Below are positions 8,960 to 17,421 of a stretch of 30,368 nucleotides of DNA, one piece after another. Where the stretch lies: positions 1 to 30,368 of the IMG/VR virus record IMGVR_UViG_3300003366_000013; one strand, 5' to 3'. Positions within the stretch are counted from its first letter, which is position 1, and every line of letters begins with the position of its first letter. The position numbers were made by a program, and so were the translations under genes. The stretch is from a virus (taxonomy: Duplodnaviria > Caudoviricetes). The notes beneath the pieces are model-generated. The model made no database searches, was not told the DNA's origin, and saw nothing but the letters and a program-made list of their open reading frames with translations.

Positions 8960-9899
8960 CGAACTGAGCGCACACATAATCATTAACCAGATCAAAGAGG
9001 GTAAGAAAAAATACATAAAGACTTACCCTCAACATGTTTGCCGCGCTTCTGAAGTGGGCCACCCGTGCGAAAGGTATTTAGTCCTCTCAATCACCAACTG
9101 GGCCGACAAGAAGCCCCATGGCCCCGAAGTGGAGTTTATTTTCGAGGGCGGCAGAGCCGTTGAGGACTTGGCAATAAAAGACCTTGAGGACGCAGGTTTT
9201 AAGGTTTACCGCCCTGAGCCTGACAAAGCCATAATGGAGAGCAAGCCCCGCATAACCGGACATATCGACGTGCGGGTGGACTTCGGCAGCGGCCAAGTAT
9301 TCACTGGCGAGATTAAGGGTCTCAACGTCTTTGACTGGGAAAAACTTAACTCCCTGCAGGATTTCTTTGATTCAAAAAAGCCGTGGATTCAGAAATACCC
9401 CGCGCAATTAATGACCTACCTTTATATTAAGGGCGAAGAACGGGGGTTCTTTTACTTGAAATCGATTCCCCGTTTCCAACCAAAACTAATTTGGGTTAAC
9501 CTTGATTATGCCTACATGGAACATATCCTACAAAAAACTGAGCGCATTGAAAAGCACGTAGCCAACGGGACAATGGCGGAGCAAATCGACGACCCGGAAG
9601 TATGCCAGCATTGCGCCTTTCTCCATATCTGCCTACCGGAAATCAGGCAAAAGGCCCTTGAGATTATCGACGACGACGAACTTCTTGACAAGCTACAGAA
9701 GCGCACAGAGCTTGAGGATGGATACCGGGAATACAACCACCTTGACGACGATGTTAAAAGGGCAATACATGGCAAAGAGAAGCTCCTGATAGGGGATTAT
9801 CTTATAACCGGTAAGTGGATAACGCCAAAGGGTAAAAATCCTTACTGGAAGTCAAAAATAGTGCTTTTGGACCCGGCGAAAATTAATCCAGCAGTATAG
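8919..9899 (+). CDS. PD-(D/E)XK exonuclease, Cas4/AddB-like with Fe-S cysteines
   Basis: RASEVGHPCER; GHID...EIK; QLMTY; CQHCAFLHIC. Confidence 0.8.
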   Translation: MVAMPAEQIQQQVDELSAHIIINQIKEGKKKYIKTYPQHVCRASEVGHPCERYLVLSITNWADKKPHGPEVEFIFEGGRAVEDLAIKDLEDAGFKVYRPEPDKAIMESKPRITGHIDVRVDFGSGQVFTGEIKGLNVFDWEKLNSLQDFFDSKKPWIQKYPAQLMTYLYIKGEERGFFYLKSIPRFQPKLIWVNLDYAYMEHILQKTERIEKHVANGTMAEQIDDPEVCQHCAFLHICLPEIRQKALEIIDDDELLDKLQKRTELEDGYREYNHLDDDVKRAIHGKEKLLIGDYLITGKWITPKGKNPYWKSKIVLLDPAKINPAV

Positions 9900-9958
9900 A
9901 CACCCCAAGACACAACCCACAGCAAGCCGGTGCCTAGCCGGAATACAGGAGGTGCGAA

Positions 9959-10552
9959 ATGGAGAGAGATTACCAGAAAGACTTTGAGGTGTGCGAGAAG
10001 GCAACGGAAGGGCCGTGGGACATAAGAGGACACTGGGGAAGTGTCCACGGGAAAGTAATATATAGCGGAGTAGGTGAAGAAAACAGAACTATCGTTAATT
10101 TCCCTTATGGCAATGTTGTTGGGTTGCCTGAAGGATGGAAAGAAAAAGATAAGGTTTATCAGCAGTTATTGGCTAATGTTGGATTTATCGCTATTGCCCG
10201 TACCGCCCTGCCCTGGTACATAAAGCGGTGTATGGAAATGGAAGACCAACTAACCAGGCAAATCAGTAAAACCATAGAGTCCAATAACAAACTCCAGCAG
10301 GCGGAGGAGAGGGAGGCGGCGCTGCGGGAGGCGTTGGAAGAAATTGCAGAATCATCAATTTGCAAAGCATCACGAAACATAGCACGACAGGCCCTTTCCT
10401 CCCCCTCCCAGCCCTCACGCTACCGGGAAGCATTGGCGGTGGTGGAGGCGGCAAAGAAACATATTGGCTCTGGTGGATACGTGTTGCCGGAATTACTTAA
10501 CGCCCTCACCGCCTACGACAAGTCCGGAGAGGCCAACGGGGGTGAGAGGTGA
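9959..10552 (+). CDS. Ead/Ea22-like protein with coiled coil
   Basis: CEKATEGPW...ANVGFIAIARTALP; shares a domain with 4159-4491. Confidence 0.75.
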   Translation: MERDYQKDFEVCEKATEGPWDIRGHWGSVHGKVIYSGVGEENRTIVNFPYGNVVGLPEGWKEKDKVYQQLLANVGFIAIARTALPWYIKRCMEMEDQLTRQISKTIESNNKLQQAEEREAALREALEEIAESSICKASRNIARQALSSPSQPSRYREALAVVEAAKKHIGSGGYVLPELLNALTAYDKSGEANGGER

Positions 10553-10812
10553 TGTGTGATTGCATAGAACGAATTAAAGAAAAAATAGACACCCAATACG
10601 ATAAGAAAATCTATATAAAGCCTGAAGTGAGAGTCGGTTTTTATGTTAGAACATGGGTGCGCCGAAGGAAAAAGCGTTCTTATCCTGTTGAATATGAAGA
10701 AGGTTGGTCAAAAAGAGGGCATTTACATTCATACAGATTTAACTTCTGCCCTTTTTGTGGCGGACCATGGGCGATAGATAAGGCGAAGGGGGCCCCCGCA
10801 AATGGCAGTTAA
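10549..10812 (+). CDS. Hypothetical zinc-binding protein
   Basis: CDC...FNFCPFCG. Confidence 0.65.
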   Translation: MMCDCIERIKEKIDTQYDKKIYIKPEVRVGFYVRTWVRRRKKRSYPVEYEEGWSKRGHLHSYRFNFCPFCGGPWAIDKAKGAPANGS

Positions 10813-10933
10813 AAAGACCTGCCCCCACTGCGGCAAAGAGTCATTCAGCGCGGCTGAGTCAGGGATATGGATTTGCCCCTATTGCGGTGAGGATATTACG
10901 GAGGTGAAGATTGATGAGATACCCCACAACTAA
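10802..10933 (+). CDS. Small zinc-ribbon protein, 43 aa (MAVKKTCPHCGK...CPYCG)
   Basis: Two CxxC motifs; overlaps previous stop. Confidence 0.65.
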   Translation: MAVKKTCPHCGKESFSAAESGIWICPYCGEDITEVKIDEIPHN

Positions 10934-11001
10934 GCCGAAGCCGTGAGTAAGTAGTTTGGTAAAACTGTGCAGTAAACCTACACAAAGAAAGGGTGGTTTA
11001 A

Positions 11002-11247
11002 ATGCTTGAAAATTTAAAATGTGGCGGTAAGAATAAATTCATCGTTCTGAAAAGGGATGACTGCAACAAGTACCTTGATAAAGAACATGGGAGTATGCTT
11101 TCAGAGGTATTGCAGTGTATTGCGGCAGGTAGACTCCAAGATCAAGATAAAACAAGCATAAGTAATGAGTACCTTGTGATTAATACAGATGAGCCATACG
11201 CACCGGAAATAATTGAAATTATGAAGCGCAACGGCCACTGGGGTTAG
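11002..11247 (+). CDS. Hypothetical protein (cassette 1)
   Basis: KFIVLKR.D...YLVINTDEPYA.EI; RBS; stop codon lies within the right motif. Confidence 0.75.
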   Translation: MLENLKCGGKNKFIVLKRDDCNKYLDKEHGSMLSEVLQCIAAGRLQDQDKTSISNEYLVINTDEPYAPEIIEIMKRNGHWG

Positions 11248-11291
11248 TGCACAACATAAAGATGGAGCCGGTGGTAAAAGTGTTCACTAAG
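11245..11291. repeat. 47-bp cassette junction (right end + 9 bp + left end)
   Basis: TAGTGCACAACATAAAGA-TGGAGCCGG-TGGTAAAAGTGTTCACTAAG; imperfect inverted arms. Confidence 0.8.
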
Positions 11292-11305
11292 AAAGGGTGA
11301 AAACA

Positions 11306-11488
11306 ATGATAAACAAAGAGAGATTTGAGGGAATTGAAATAGTACATGGTTGCGGATACTGGTTTGTATGCGATGACCACGCTTGCCCCTGTAGCCCTGA
11401 TTCTCCGGTTGGACGAGGGTACAGCGAAGAAGTGTATGCAAGTATGCAAAAACAACAGGAAGATGATAGAAAGCTACTGGACCGCTAA
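11306..11488 (+). CDS. Small hypothetical protein (cassette 2)
   Basis: AAAGGGTG RBS; stop within the right motif. Confidence 0.6.
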   Translation: MINKERFEGIEIVHGCGYWFVCDDHACPCSPDSPVGRGYSEEVYASMQKQQEDDRKLLDR

Positions 11489-11525
11489 TATACAACATAA
11501 AGATGTTTTTGAAAGGATTGTTATT

Positions 11526-11858
11526 ATGAAGGTCTTTAAGATGGATGATTATGATTGGGTAGCGGCCAATAGCAAAGAGGAAGCTATTAGTTTTTACACT
11601 AATGAAATGGGCATCTCTGAGGATGAGTTGGACATAAAAGAATGCAACTTAAAAAAGGACGGCATGTTTACAGAAATAAACCTTGACGATGCAATTGCCA
11701 AATTAACTAAATTGGCCAATGGTGAAAAAGTCGATGACCGCAGATCATTAAGATTTTCATATATAGACTCTCTGTTGGCTATATGGGTGCCATTTGAAGA
11801 TGAATTAAAAAAGAATAGTAGTGCGGAACCTTTTGTAATCTGTTCCACAGAGTTTTAA
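11526..11858 (+). CDS. Hypothetical protein (MKVFKMDDYDWVAA...)
   Basis: GAAAGGA RBS before ATG 11526. Confidence 0.7.
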   Translation: MKVFKMDDYDWVAANSKEEAISFYTNEMGISEDELDIKECNLKKDGMFTEINLDDAIAKLTKLANGEKVDDRRSLRFSYIDSLLAIWVPFEDELKKNSSAEPFVICSTEF

Positions 11859-11884
11859 TGATAAAAATCTAAGGAAGTGAGAGT

Positions 11885-12043
11885 GTGAGAAATAAAATAG
11901 CAAGATACGTTTATAAATGGATAGTTAAGTATTGCAAAAGCCACAATGACGACTGCAAAGGCTGTATTTTTAATGATTGCCGACCAAGGTGTGGCTGCAT
12001 AGTAAACATACCGAGTGAATGGTATGAGCCAAAGAAAAGATGA
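11885..12043 (+). CDS. Small Cys-rich protein, 52 aa (MRNKIARYVYKW...)
   Basis: AAGGA RBS, GTG start; TGA stop begins the right motif. Confidence 0.55.
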   Translation: MRNKIARYVYKWIVKYCKSHNDDCKGCIFNDCRPRCGCIVNIPSEWYEPKKR

Positions 12044-12087
12044 TGCAAACTTTAAAGATGCGGCTACTGGTAAAAGTGTGCAATAAG
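12041..12087. repeat. Second 47-bp cassette junction
   Basis: TGATGCAAACTTTAAAGA-TGCGGCTAC-TGGTAAAAGTGTGCAATAAG; same length and register as 11245-11291. Confidence 0.75.
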
Positions 12088-12100
12088 GAGGATATGGTTT

Positions 12101-12469
12101 ATGAACGCCGATATAGCAATGAGATTTATGAAAACAGTTCAAAAGTTTTCTCCAAACTGCTTTATTAATGCAAATTTTGAACTTATTGTAGAGCCAAAAA
12201 ACAATATTTACTTTCGGTTGACAGATGTAGAAACAGATTTGGAATTGAAATGTAAAGTTATTGCATGGCTATCAAGACCAAGTTGTAAAGGGGTTAGTAA
12301 GTATTGGCAAAGCAGAATTAGGGGTATCGTAAATGAGTTTTTAGGAACTGATTTCACCGTTGAAGAAATGACTGAAATATACACTTACCTGGGTAATGAC
12401 TGCAATAGGAATAAGTGCATTAAATTTATTGAAACTAACTATGATTTGTCCTTACTGGAAAGTGCTTAA
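12101..12469 (+). CDS. Hypothetical protein (last cassette of the array)
   Basis: AAGGAGG RBS; FIN.NFELI..PK.N.YF...LKCKVIAWLSR; stop within the right motif. Confidence 0.8.
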   Translation: MNADIAMRFMKTVQKFSPNCFINANFELIVEPKNNIYFRLTDVETDLELKCKVIAWLSRPSCKGVSKYWQSRIRGIVNEFLGTDFTVEEMTEIYTYLGNDCNRNKCIKFIETNYDLSLLESA

Positions 12470-12502
12470 TTCACAACATAAAGAAACCGCGAGGTGATCT
12501 CA

Positions 12503-12658
12503 ATGTCAGATAAACCACCCTGCACCTACCCCTGGCGCGACCTGTACCCTGGCTACCCTCCTGAGTGCTATGTGAGGGTGCCGGGGAAGGATGGACGGCC
12601 GGATTGTGCGTGGTGTTGGTATGGTGGGCAAGGGTGCAAGGGGAGAGTTAGGAAATAG
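12503..12658 (+). CDS. Small Cys/Pro-rich protein, 51 aa
   Basis: GAGGTG RBS. Confidence 0.4.
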   Translation: MSDKPPCTYPWRDLYPGYPPECYVRVPGKDGRPDCAWCWYGGQGCKGRVRK

Positions 12659-12670
12659 GGGGCGGTTACA

Positions 12671-12859
12671 GTGGCAAGGAGAAAATTAGCCTCTATGGTC
12701 ACCTACAGCCAGGGAAGTCTAAAAGTAGATGGTACGTTAAGCAAATCCAAAGAAACCTGCCCAAAATGCGAAAATAAGTCTGTGGTGGCCATTCACTCCT
12801 TGGGGGGGGTAACAAAGTATAACCTATGCCAATATTGCAAGTATATATGGGTAGCTTAG
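12671..12859 (+). CDS. Zinc-ribbon hypothetical protein
   Basis: CPKC...CQYC. Confidence 0.55.
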   Translation: MARRKLASMVTYSQGSLKVDGTLSKSKETCPKCENKSVVAIHSLGGVTKYNLCQYCKYIWVA

Positions 12860-12881
12860 TAGTTAGTTAGGGGGCCCAAGA

Positions 12882-13655
12882 ATGGCAAGGTCAAGGAATA
12901 TTAAGCCGGGGTTTTTTGAAAATGAACTATTAGCTGAAGTTGATATGGCCGGTAGGCTTTTATTCGCCGGTCTTTGGACTATCGCAGACAGAGAGGGAAG
13001 ACTTGAGGACAGACCTAAAAGGATCAAAGCAAAATTATTCCCCTATGACAACGTCAATATTGATAAGCTTCTCCAGGTTCTACATGACAAAAATTTTATA
13101 CTCCGCTATCAGGTCGAAGGAGTACGGTACATTTATATCCATAACTTCCTCAAACATCAGAACCCACATAAGAACGAAGCACCAAGCGATATACCAGAAC
13201 CATTAATGTACGATACAAGTACGATACAAGAACAGTTAAATAATAATACAAATCCTGCTGATTCCCTTAACTCTGATTCCCTTAAACAGAATAACGATTT
13301 TTTAACCGAGTTTGAAAAATGGTGGAAGCGTTACCCGAGAAAATACGGAAAAGCCGATTCTCTTAAAGAGTGGATAAAGCTCCGTAAATCAGGTGTTCCG
13401 GTTGAGCAATTAGAAAAGGCACTGGACAACTATCTTGAGGAAATACGCCTTACCAACAAAGAAACAAAATTTATTTTGCACGGCAGAACATTCTTGGGGC
13501 CTGGCAAGCGGTGGGAGGACTACTTGCAAGCTGCCGAAGATGAAGCGCCGCCACCAAGGGAGCCCACCGACGATGAGATAGCCATACAAAAACTTTACGA
13601 GGAGATGAAGCAGGATGGAGCATTTAACGAGCATGATCCAACCCCAAGATATTGA
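12882..13655 (+). CDS. Phage replication initiator / replisome organiser
   Basis: MARSRNIKPGFF..RLLF.GLWTIADREGR N-domain; FEKWWKRYPRK C-domain; upstream of DnaB. Confidence 0.85.
   Translation: MARSRNIKPGFFENELLAEVDMAGRLLFAGLWTIADREGRLEDRPKRIKAKLFPYDNVNIDKLLQVLHDKNFILRYQVEGVRYIYIHNFLKHQNPHKNEAPSDIPEPLMYDTSTIQEQLNNNTNPADSLNSDSLKQNNDFLTEFEKWWKRYPRKYGKADSLKEWIKLRKSGVPVEQLEKALDNYLEEIRLTNKETKFILHGRTFLGPGKRWEDYLQAAEDEAPPPREPTDDEIAIQKLYEEMKQDGAFNEHDPTPRY
13208..13285. repeat. Putative replication origin repeats inside the initiator gene
   Basis: TACGATACAAG x2 and CTGATTCCCTTAA x2 flanking an AT-rich stretch. Confidence 0.55.
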
Positions 13656-15021
13656 CGCAGAACAACAAATACTTGGGGCTTGTCTTATCGACAAAGAGGC
13701 CGCAGAAACAGCCAGAGAAATACTTTCCCCTGCCGACTTTTACATCTCCGGTCACGGTGAGGTTTTTAATGCCATACTGCACACTTTAAATACTGGGAAA
13801 ACGCCTGACTTGTTGACAATAAAAAACTTTTTACAGGGCCGGGGGAAGCTAGAGCAGGTTGGTGGAGTTGTATTCTTGGCTGGATTAACCGGGAAAGTGG
13901 CTTCAGCGTCCTTTGTCGACCAACACGCCAAAATAGTGAGTGCAAAGGCTGTTGCCCGTAAAATGCTGGCGGCCACTGAGAGAGTGAAGGCCAAGGCTTA
14001 TAACGGGGATTACGATTCACCCACAGAACTACTTGCCTTTGCCGAGGCTGAGCTATCCAGAGTAGAGGTAAGGGAGCAGGGACAGCTTGAGCCAATAAGT
14101 AAACTCCTGCCCGGCGTAATGGTTGAATTGGAGGAAAGATATAGAAAAAAGGCCATAACCGGCATACCCACGGGGTACCCATTACTGACCGTATGGCTTG
14201 CAGGGTATCAGCCGGGAGACCTGATTCTTTTAGCGGCCAGGCCCAGTATGGGAAAAACGACATGGGCCATTCAGGAAGCCAAGGATATGGCTGTAAAGCA
14301 TGGCAAAAAGGTGGCTGTGTTCTCCTTGGAAATGTCTAAACGCCAACTGATTGAAAAGTTAATTATCAACGAGGGCAGGGTTTCAGCTCAAAATGTCAGG
14401 GTTGGACGGTTAGAGTCTGTAGAGTGGGACAGGATAGGTGAGGCAAACAGCCGGTTAATCAACTCAGGAGTATTTATTGACGACTCGGGCAGAATGACGC
14501 CGGCAGATATAGCGCACAGGGCCAGAAGAATGAAAATGAAGCACGGCCTGGACTGTATTATAATCGACTACCTACAACTTCTTAGAGTAGCTAGAAAGGC
14601 CGAAAATAAACGCTTGGAGATAGGAGAAATATCCCGAGAATTAAAGGTACTGGCGAAGGAATTAAATGTCCCGGTGATAGCATTGAGTCAGCTTTCCAGG
14701 GCGGTAGAAGGTAGGGATAATAAAAGGCCGATAATGTCAGACCTTCGAGAGTCAGGAGACTTGGAACAGGATGCAGATGTAATTATGTTTCTGTATCGCG
14801 AGGAGTATTACAAGGCCGACACTGAAAAAAAGGGTATTGCGGAATTACACCTTGCAAAACAGAGAAATGGTCCTACTGGAACCCTTGAAATGGCATGGGT
14901 GAAGGAGCACACGAAGTTTTATAATCTGGAACGCCAGGAGGAAAGAACACTTAAGGTGGTTCCGGACAATGAGCCAGCACCAAAGCGGACTCAGAAACAG
15001 AAACCATTTTGGAGTCAGTAA
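13615..15021 (+). CDS. dnaB: Replicative DNA helicase
   Basis: AARPSMGKT Walker A, IIDYLQL, LSQLSR, DLRESG.LEQDAD, KQRNGPTG. Confidence 0.97.
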   Translation: MEHLTSMIQPQDIDAEQQILGACLIDKEAAETAREILSPADFYISGHGEVFNAILHTLNTGKTPDLLTIKNFLQGRGKLEQVGGVVFLAGLTGKVASASFVDQHAKIVSAKAVARKMLAATERVKAKAYNGDYDSPTELLAFAEAELSRVEVREQGQLEPISKLLPGVMVELEERYRKKAITGIPTGYPLLTVWLAGYQPGDLILLAARPSMGKTTWAIQEAKDMAVKHGKKVAVFSLEMSKRQLIEKLIINEGRVSAQNVRVGRLESVEWDRIGEANSRLINSGVFIDDSGRMTPADIAHRARRMKMKHGLDCIIIDYLQLLRVARKAENKRLEIGEISRELKVLAKELNVPVIALSQLSRAVEGRDNKRPIMSDLRESGDLEQDADVIMFLYREEYYKADTEKKGIAELHLAKQRNGPTGTLEMAWVKEHTKFYNLERQEERTLKVVPDNEPAPKRTQKQKPFWSQ

Positions 15022-15079
15022 GATTCACGCAGGCTGTCCAGGAAATGTTGGGGGCAAACAGGTTTTAGGGGGTGAAGTG

Positions 15080-15496
15080 ATGCCAAGATTCGTCCGCTCA
15101 GAGATAAAATTCACGGCCTACGGAATACCGCAGACAAAAGGCTCTACGAAGGCATTTATCAGGGGCGGGAAGGCCATTATAACCAACGATAACCCCAAGA
15201 CAAAGGACTGGCATAATATCGTAGCTTGGGCGGCACAGACCAATAGACCACAGGGAGGAATATTTCAGGGCGCTGTGTCGGTGAGGCTGGAATTTTTCTT
15301 CTGCCGGCCTAAGTCAGTCAGCGAGAAAAAGAGGCCATGGCACACGGTGAAGCCGGACATTGATAAAATCACGAGGGCCACATTGGATGCGCTGAAAGGA
15401 ACTGTTTACGCCGATGATAGCCAAGTTGTGCAGCTGATAGTCACCAAGGAGTATGGGCTTGAACCAATGGTAAATGTGGAGGTCAAGAGTGCCTAA
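15080..15496 (+). CDS. rusA: RusA family Holliday junction resolvase
   Basis: KPDIDK...LDALKG..YADDSQVV. Confidence 0.9.
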   Translation: MPRFVRSEIKFTAYGIPQTKGSTKAFIRGGKAIITNDNPKTKDWHNIVAWAAQTNRPQGGIFQGAVSVRLEFFFCRPKSVSEKKRPWHTVKPDIDKITRATLDALKGTVYADDSQVVQLIVTKEYGLEPMVNVEVKSA

Positions 15497-15513
15497 TAAA
15501 TAGGGGGTGCGGT

Positions 15514-15669
15514 ATGTTAAAGGCTGATGAACTAAGACACACAAAAACCTGCATAAATGGCAAGTGGGTAATTGCAAAGCCAATACCTCAGAATTTTAGA
15601 AGACGTCTGCGGGATGCTATAACGGTATTGAAGGGCAATGCTGAAGCGGTTACGTTTTATAAACAATAG
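15514..15669 (+). CDS. Small hypothetical protein, 51 aa (MLKADELRHT...)
   Basis: GGGGGTG RBS; flanked by a 13-bp direct repeat. Confidence 0.6.
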   Translation: MLKADELRHTKTCINGKWVIAKPIPQNFRRRLRDAITVLKGNAEAVTFYKQ

Positions 15670-15680
15670 GGGGTGCGCTG

Positions 15681-15908
15681 ATGTTAGCGGCAATGAAAAA
15701 ACTAACTATTTTTACATGTGTAGCAATAATATTTCTAGCTGGGCTTTATAAAATCCATGAAGAAAACACGAAGGAAGATATATTAAGGATAGAGGCCCAA
15801 GTCAACCAACTAACCACCGAACTCCAATCCACAAAGTCAGAAATGATACAACTGGAACTCCGGCAGGCGGTGGCCGAGGACATAAGCGAGAGGGCGGGGT
15901 GGAAATGA
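15681..15908 (+). CDS. Membrane-anchored coiled-coil protein
   Basis: N-terminal TM helix, RBS. Confidence 0.6.
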   Translation: MLAAMKKLTIFTCVAIIFLAGLYKIHEENTKEDILRIEAQVNQLTTELQSTKSEMIQLELRQAVAEDISERAGWK

Positions 15909-16063
15909 AAAACGGAAAACGCCCAACCATAAAACAAAGGCAGCTGATTAAAAAATGCGGACTTAACTGCAATAACTGGCTGGTGACGAAGAATTTGCCG
16001 AAGGAACTGCATATCACGCATAGGTATACGGGGAATGAGCGGGTTATTAGGTTGGTGGGGTAA
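15905..16063 (+). CDS. Small basic phage protein, 52 aa (MKNGKRPT...NWLVTK; DUF6906-like)
   Basis: ATGA overlap with previous gene; motif common in Firmicute phages. Confidence 0.65.
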   Translation: MKNGKRPTIKQRQLIKKCGLNCNNWLVTKNLPKELHITHRYTGNERVIRLVG

Positions 16064-16064
16064 A

Positions 16065-16457
16065 TGGTAAAATTGTGCAGTAAAGAGGAGTGATTATATG
16101 CAAAGAGATTTTGAGTGGTTAAAGGAATTAAAAGTTGGAGATGAAGTCGCAATAGACATAAGTAGCACCTGGCAGAGGAATGTTTTTAAAATTAGCAAGG
16201 TTGAAAAGATTACGCCTACTGGAAGGATAAAACTATCCGATGGCAGCCAATATCAACCAAATGGGAGAAAAATCGGCGAAAGCTATTCCTGTCCTTTAAG
16301 ACAAATAACGCCTGAAATATTAGAAATAATTGAAAGACGAAATTTGATGAGTAAACTTGAATTTGACAAATTTAAAGGTTTGTTGAGCGTTGAAAGATTA
16401 AAGATGTTGCTCCAATGGCAGGAGGAATTAGCAAAGAAGTAGTGCGCAAAATAAAGA
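16065..16457 (+). mobile_element. Solitary repeat-bounded gene cassette
   Basis: TGGTAAAATTGTGCAGTAAA at 16065 and TAGTGCGCAAAATAAAGA at 16440 bracket exactly one gene. Confidence 0.6.
16098..16442 (+). CDS. Hypothetical protein (LKVGDEV...KVEKITPTGRIK; possible SH3-like barrel)
   Basis: GAGGAG RBS; AT-rich. Confidence 0.75.
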   Translation: MQRDFEWLKELKVGDEVAIDISSTWQRNVFKISKVEKITPTGRIKLSDGSQYQPNGRKIGESYSCPLRQITPEILEIIERRNLMSKLEFDKFKGLLSVERLKMLLQWQEELAKK

Positions 16458-16557
16458 CACCTCGAATCAACCTTCCCCCGCCAAAGGAGGACAACACCGG
16501 TCCGGGGGAGATACAGTAGTAATTCTTGAGAAAGGAGAAAAGTCAGTGTATCGCTAT

Positions 16558-16595
16558 GGCCCCCGGTCTAGTGGAGGGCTGGGGGCTAATTTTTA
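16558..16595 (+). terminator. Probable intrinsic terminator
   Basis: GGCCCCCGGTC...GGCTGGGGGCT followed by AATTTTT. Confidence 0.5.
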
Positions 16596-16632
16596 AAATA
16601 ACCGCAGGGGCGGTAAAAATAAGGGGGATGAA

Positions 16633-16977
16633 ATGATGTTAAACGGAGCAAGGGCGCATTCAAGCGGTGGGGCGGCAGGATTTCCAGCGGAATGTGTGAC
16701 ACAAGCGGCACCTCCCAGACAACCAGCACTGGACGAGGCTGTAAATGCAATACATGATGAGGTGATGAGGTATTACAATGGGCTTGACGGTCTTATTTGC
16801 AGACTTGAAGCACCAAGGCCAAGTAATACCGGTTCCGGCGGTGATAAGGCTGTTCCTGCAACAATCGGGGAAGCATTACAGGACATCTATAACATACTTA
16901 GCAATACTAACGAAGCACTACAGTATACGATCAAGCGCATAGACGAGCAAGTTGGCGAACTGAAGCTTTTGCCGTAA
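16633..16977 (+). CDS. Hypothetical protein
   Basis: AAGGGGG RBS; followed by GC hairpin at about 16985-17008. Confidence 0.65.
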   Translation: MMLNGARAHSSGGAAGFPAECVTQAAPPRQPALDEAVNAIHDEVMRYYNGLDGLICRLEAPRPSNTGSGGDKAVPATIGEALQDIYNILSNTNEALQYTIKRIDEQVGELKLLP

Positions 16978-17028
16978 CCAACACGCCCCGGTCTTAACGG
17001 GCCGGGGCAAACAACTGGGGGTGAGGAT

Positions 17029-17421
17029 ATGGTATCGCTGGAGTTAGCTAAAAAACTGAAGGATGCCGGGCTGGAGTGGGAGCCTAAGAAGTTTGATTTA
17101 TATACTGCTGAATTTACAAACGGAAGTAGCGGGATTTTCAGTGTTTTGTATGATGGGCAAAACCTGGAGTCAGTGACCGGAACTGAATTTATTTGGCTCC
17201 CCTCTCTCTCGCAGCTCCTGGCAGAGATTGAGGGGCGGGGGTATTGGTGGGACGTAAGTCACGGACTCGTTGATAATGGGGTTAATAAATACAGATTAAC
17301 GACATCAAAGAAGCATAATACTTCAATCCCTCTAATGATATTTAACTCCGAAACCCCCGAAGATGCCGCCGCCTCTGTCCTACTCTGGATTTTGGAGCGT
17401 GAAAAGGATGAGTCAAAATAA
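17029..17421 (+). CDS. Phage hypothetical protein
   Basis: SLELAKKLKDAGL.W.P...WLPSLSQLL..IE motif. Confidence 0.75.
   Translation: MVSLELAKKLKDAGLEWEPKKFDLYTAEFTNGSSGIFSVLYDGQNLESVTGTEFIWLPSLSQLLAEIEGRGYWWDVSHGLVDNGVNKYRLTTSKKHNTSIPLMIFNSETPEDAAASVLLWILEREKDESK

Larger units (their letters stand above)
10957..12484 (+). mobile_element. Tandem array of repeat-bounded gene cassettes
   Basis: Left motif TGGTAAAAnTGTGCAnTAA at 10957, 11272, 12068; right motif (stop)TGCACAACATAAAGA-like at 11245, 11486, 12041, 12467. Confidence 0.6.

Noticed and set aside
8919-9899. cas4 as part of a CRISPR-Cas locus
   Set aside because: No other cas genes or array; the context is a phage recombination module.
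10957-12484. Cassette repeats as a CRISPR array, canonical attC or Xer/dif sites
   Set aside because: The intervening sequences are whole genes of variable length. There is no proper RYYYAAC/GTTRRRY pairing. The right motif contains TTATGTT on the reverse strand like a XerD arm, but the geometry is 18-9-18, not 11-6-11.
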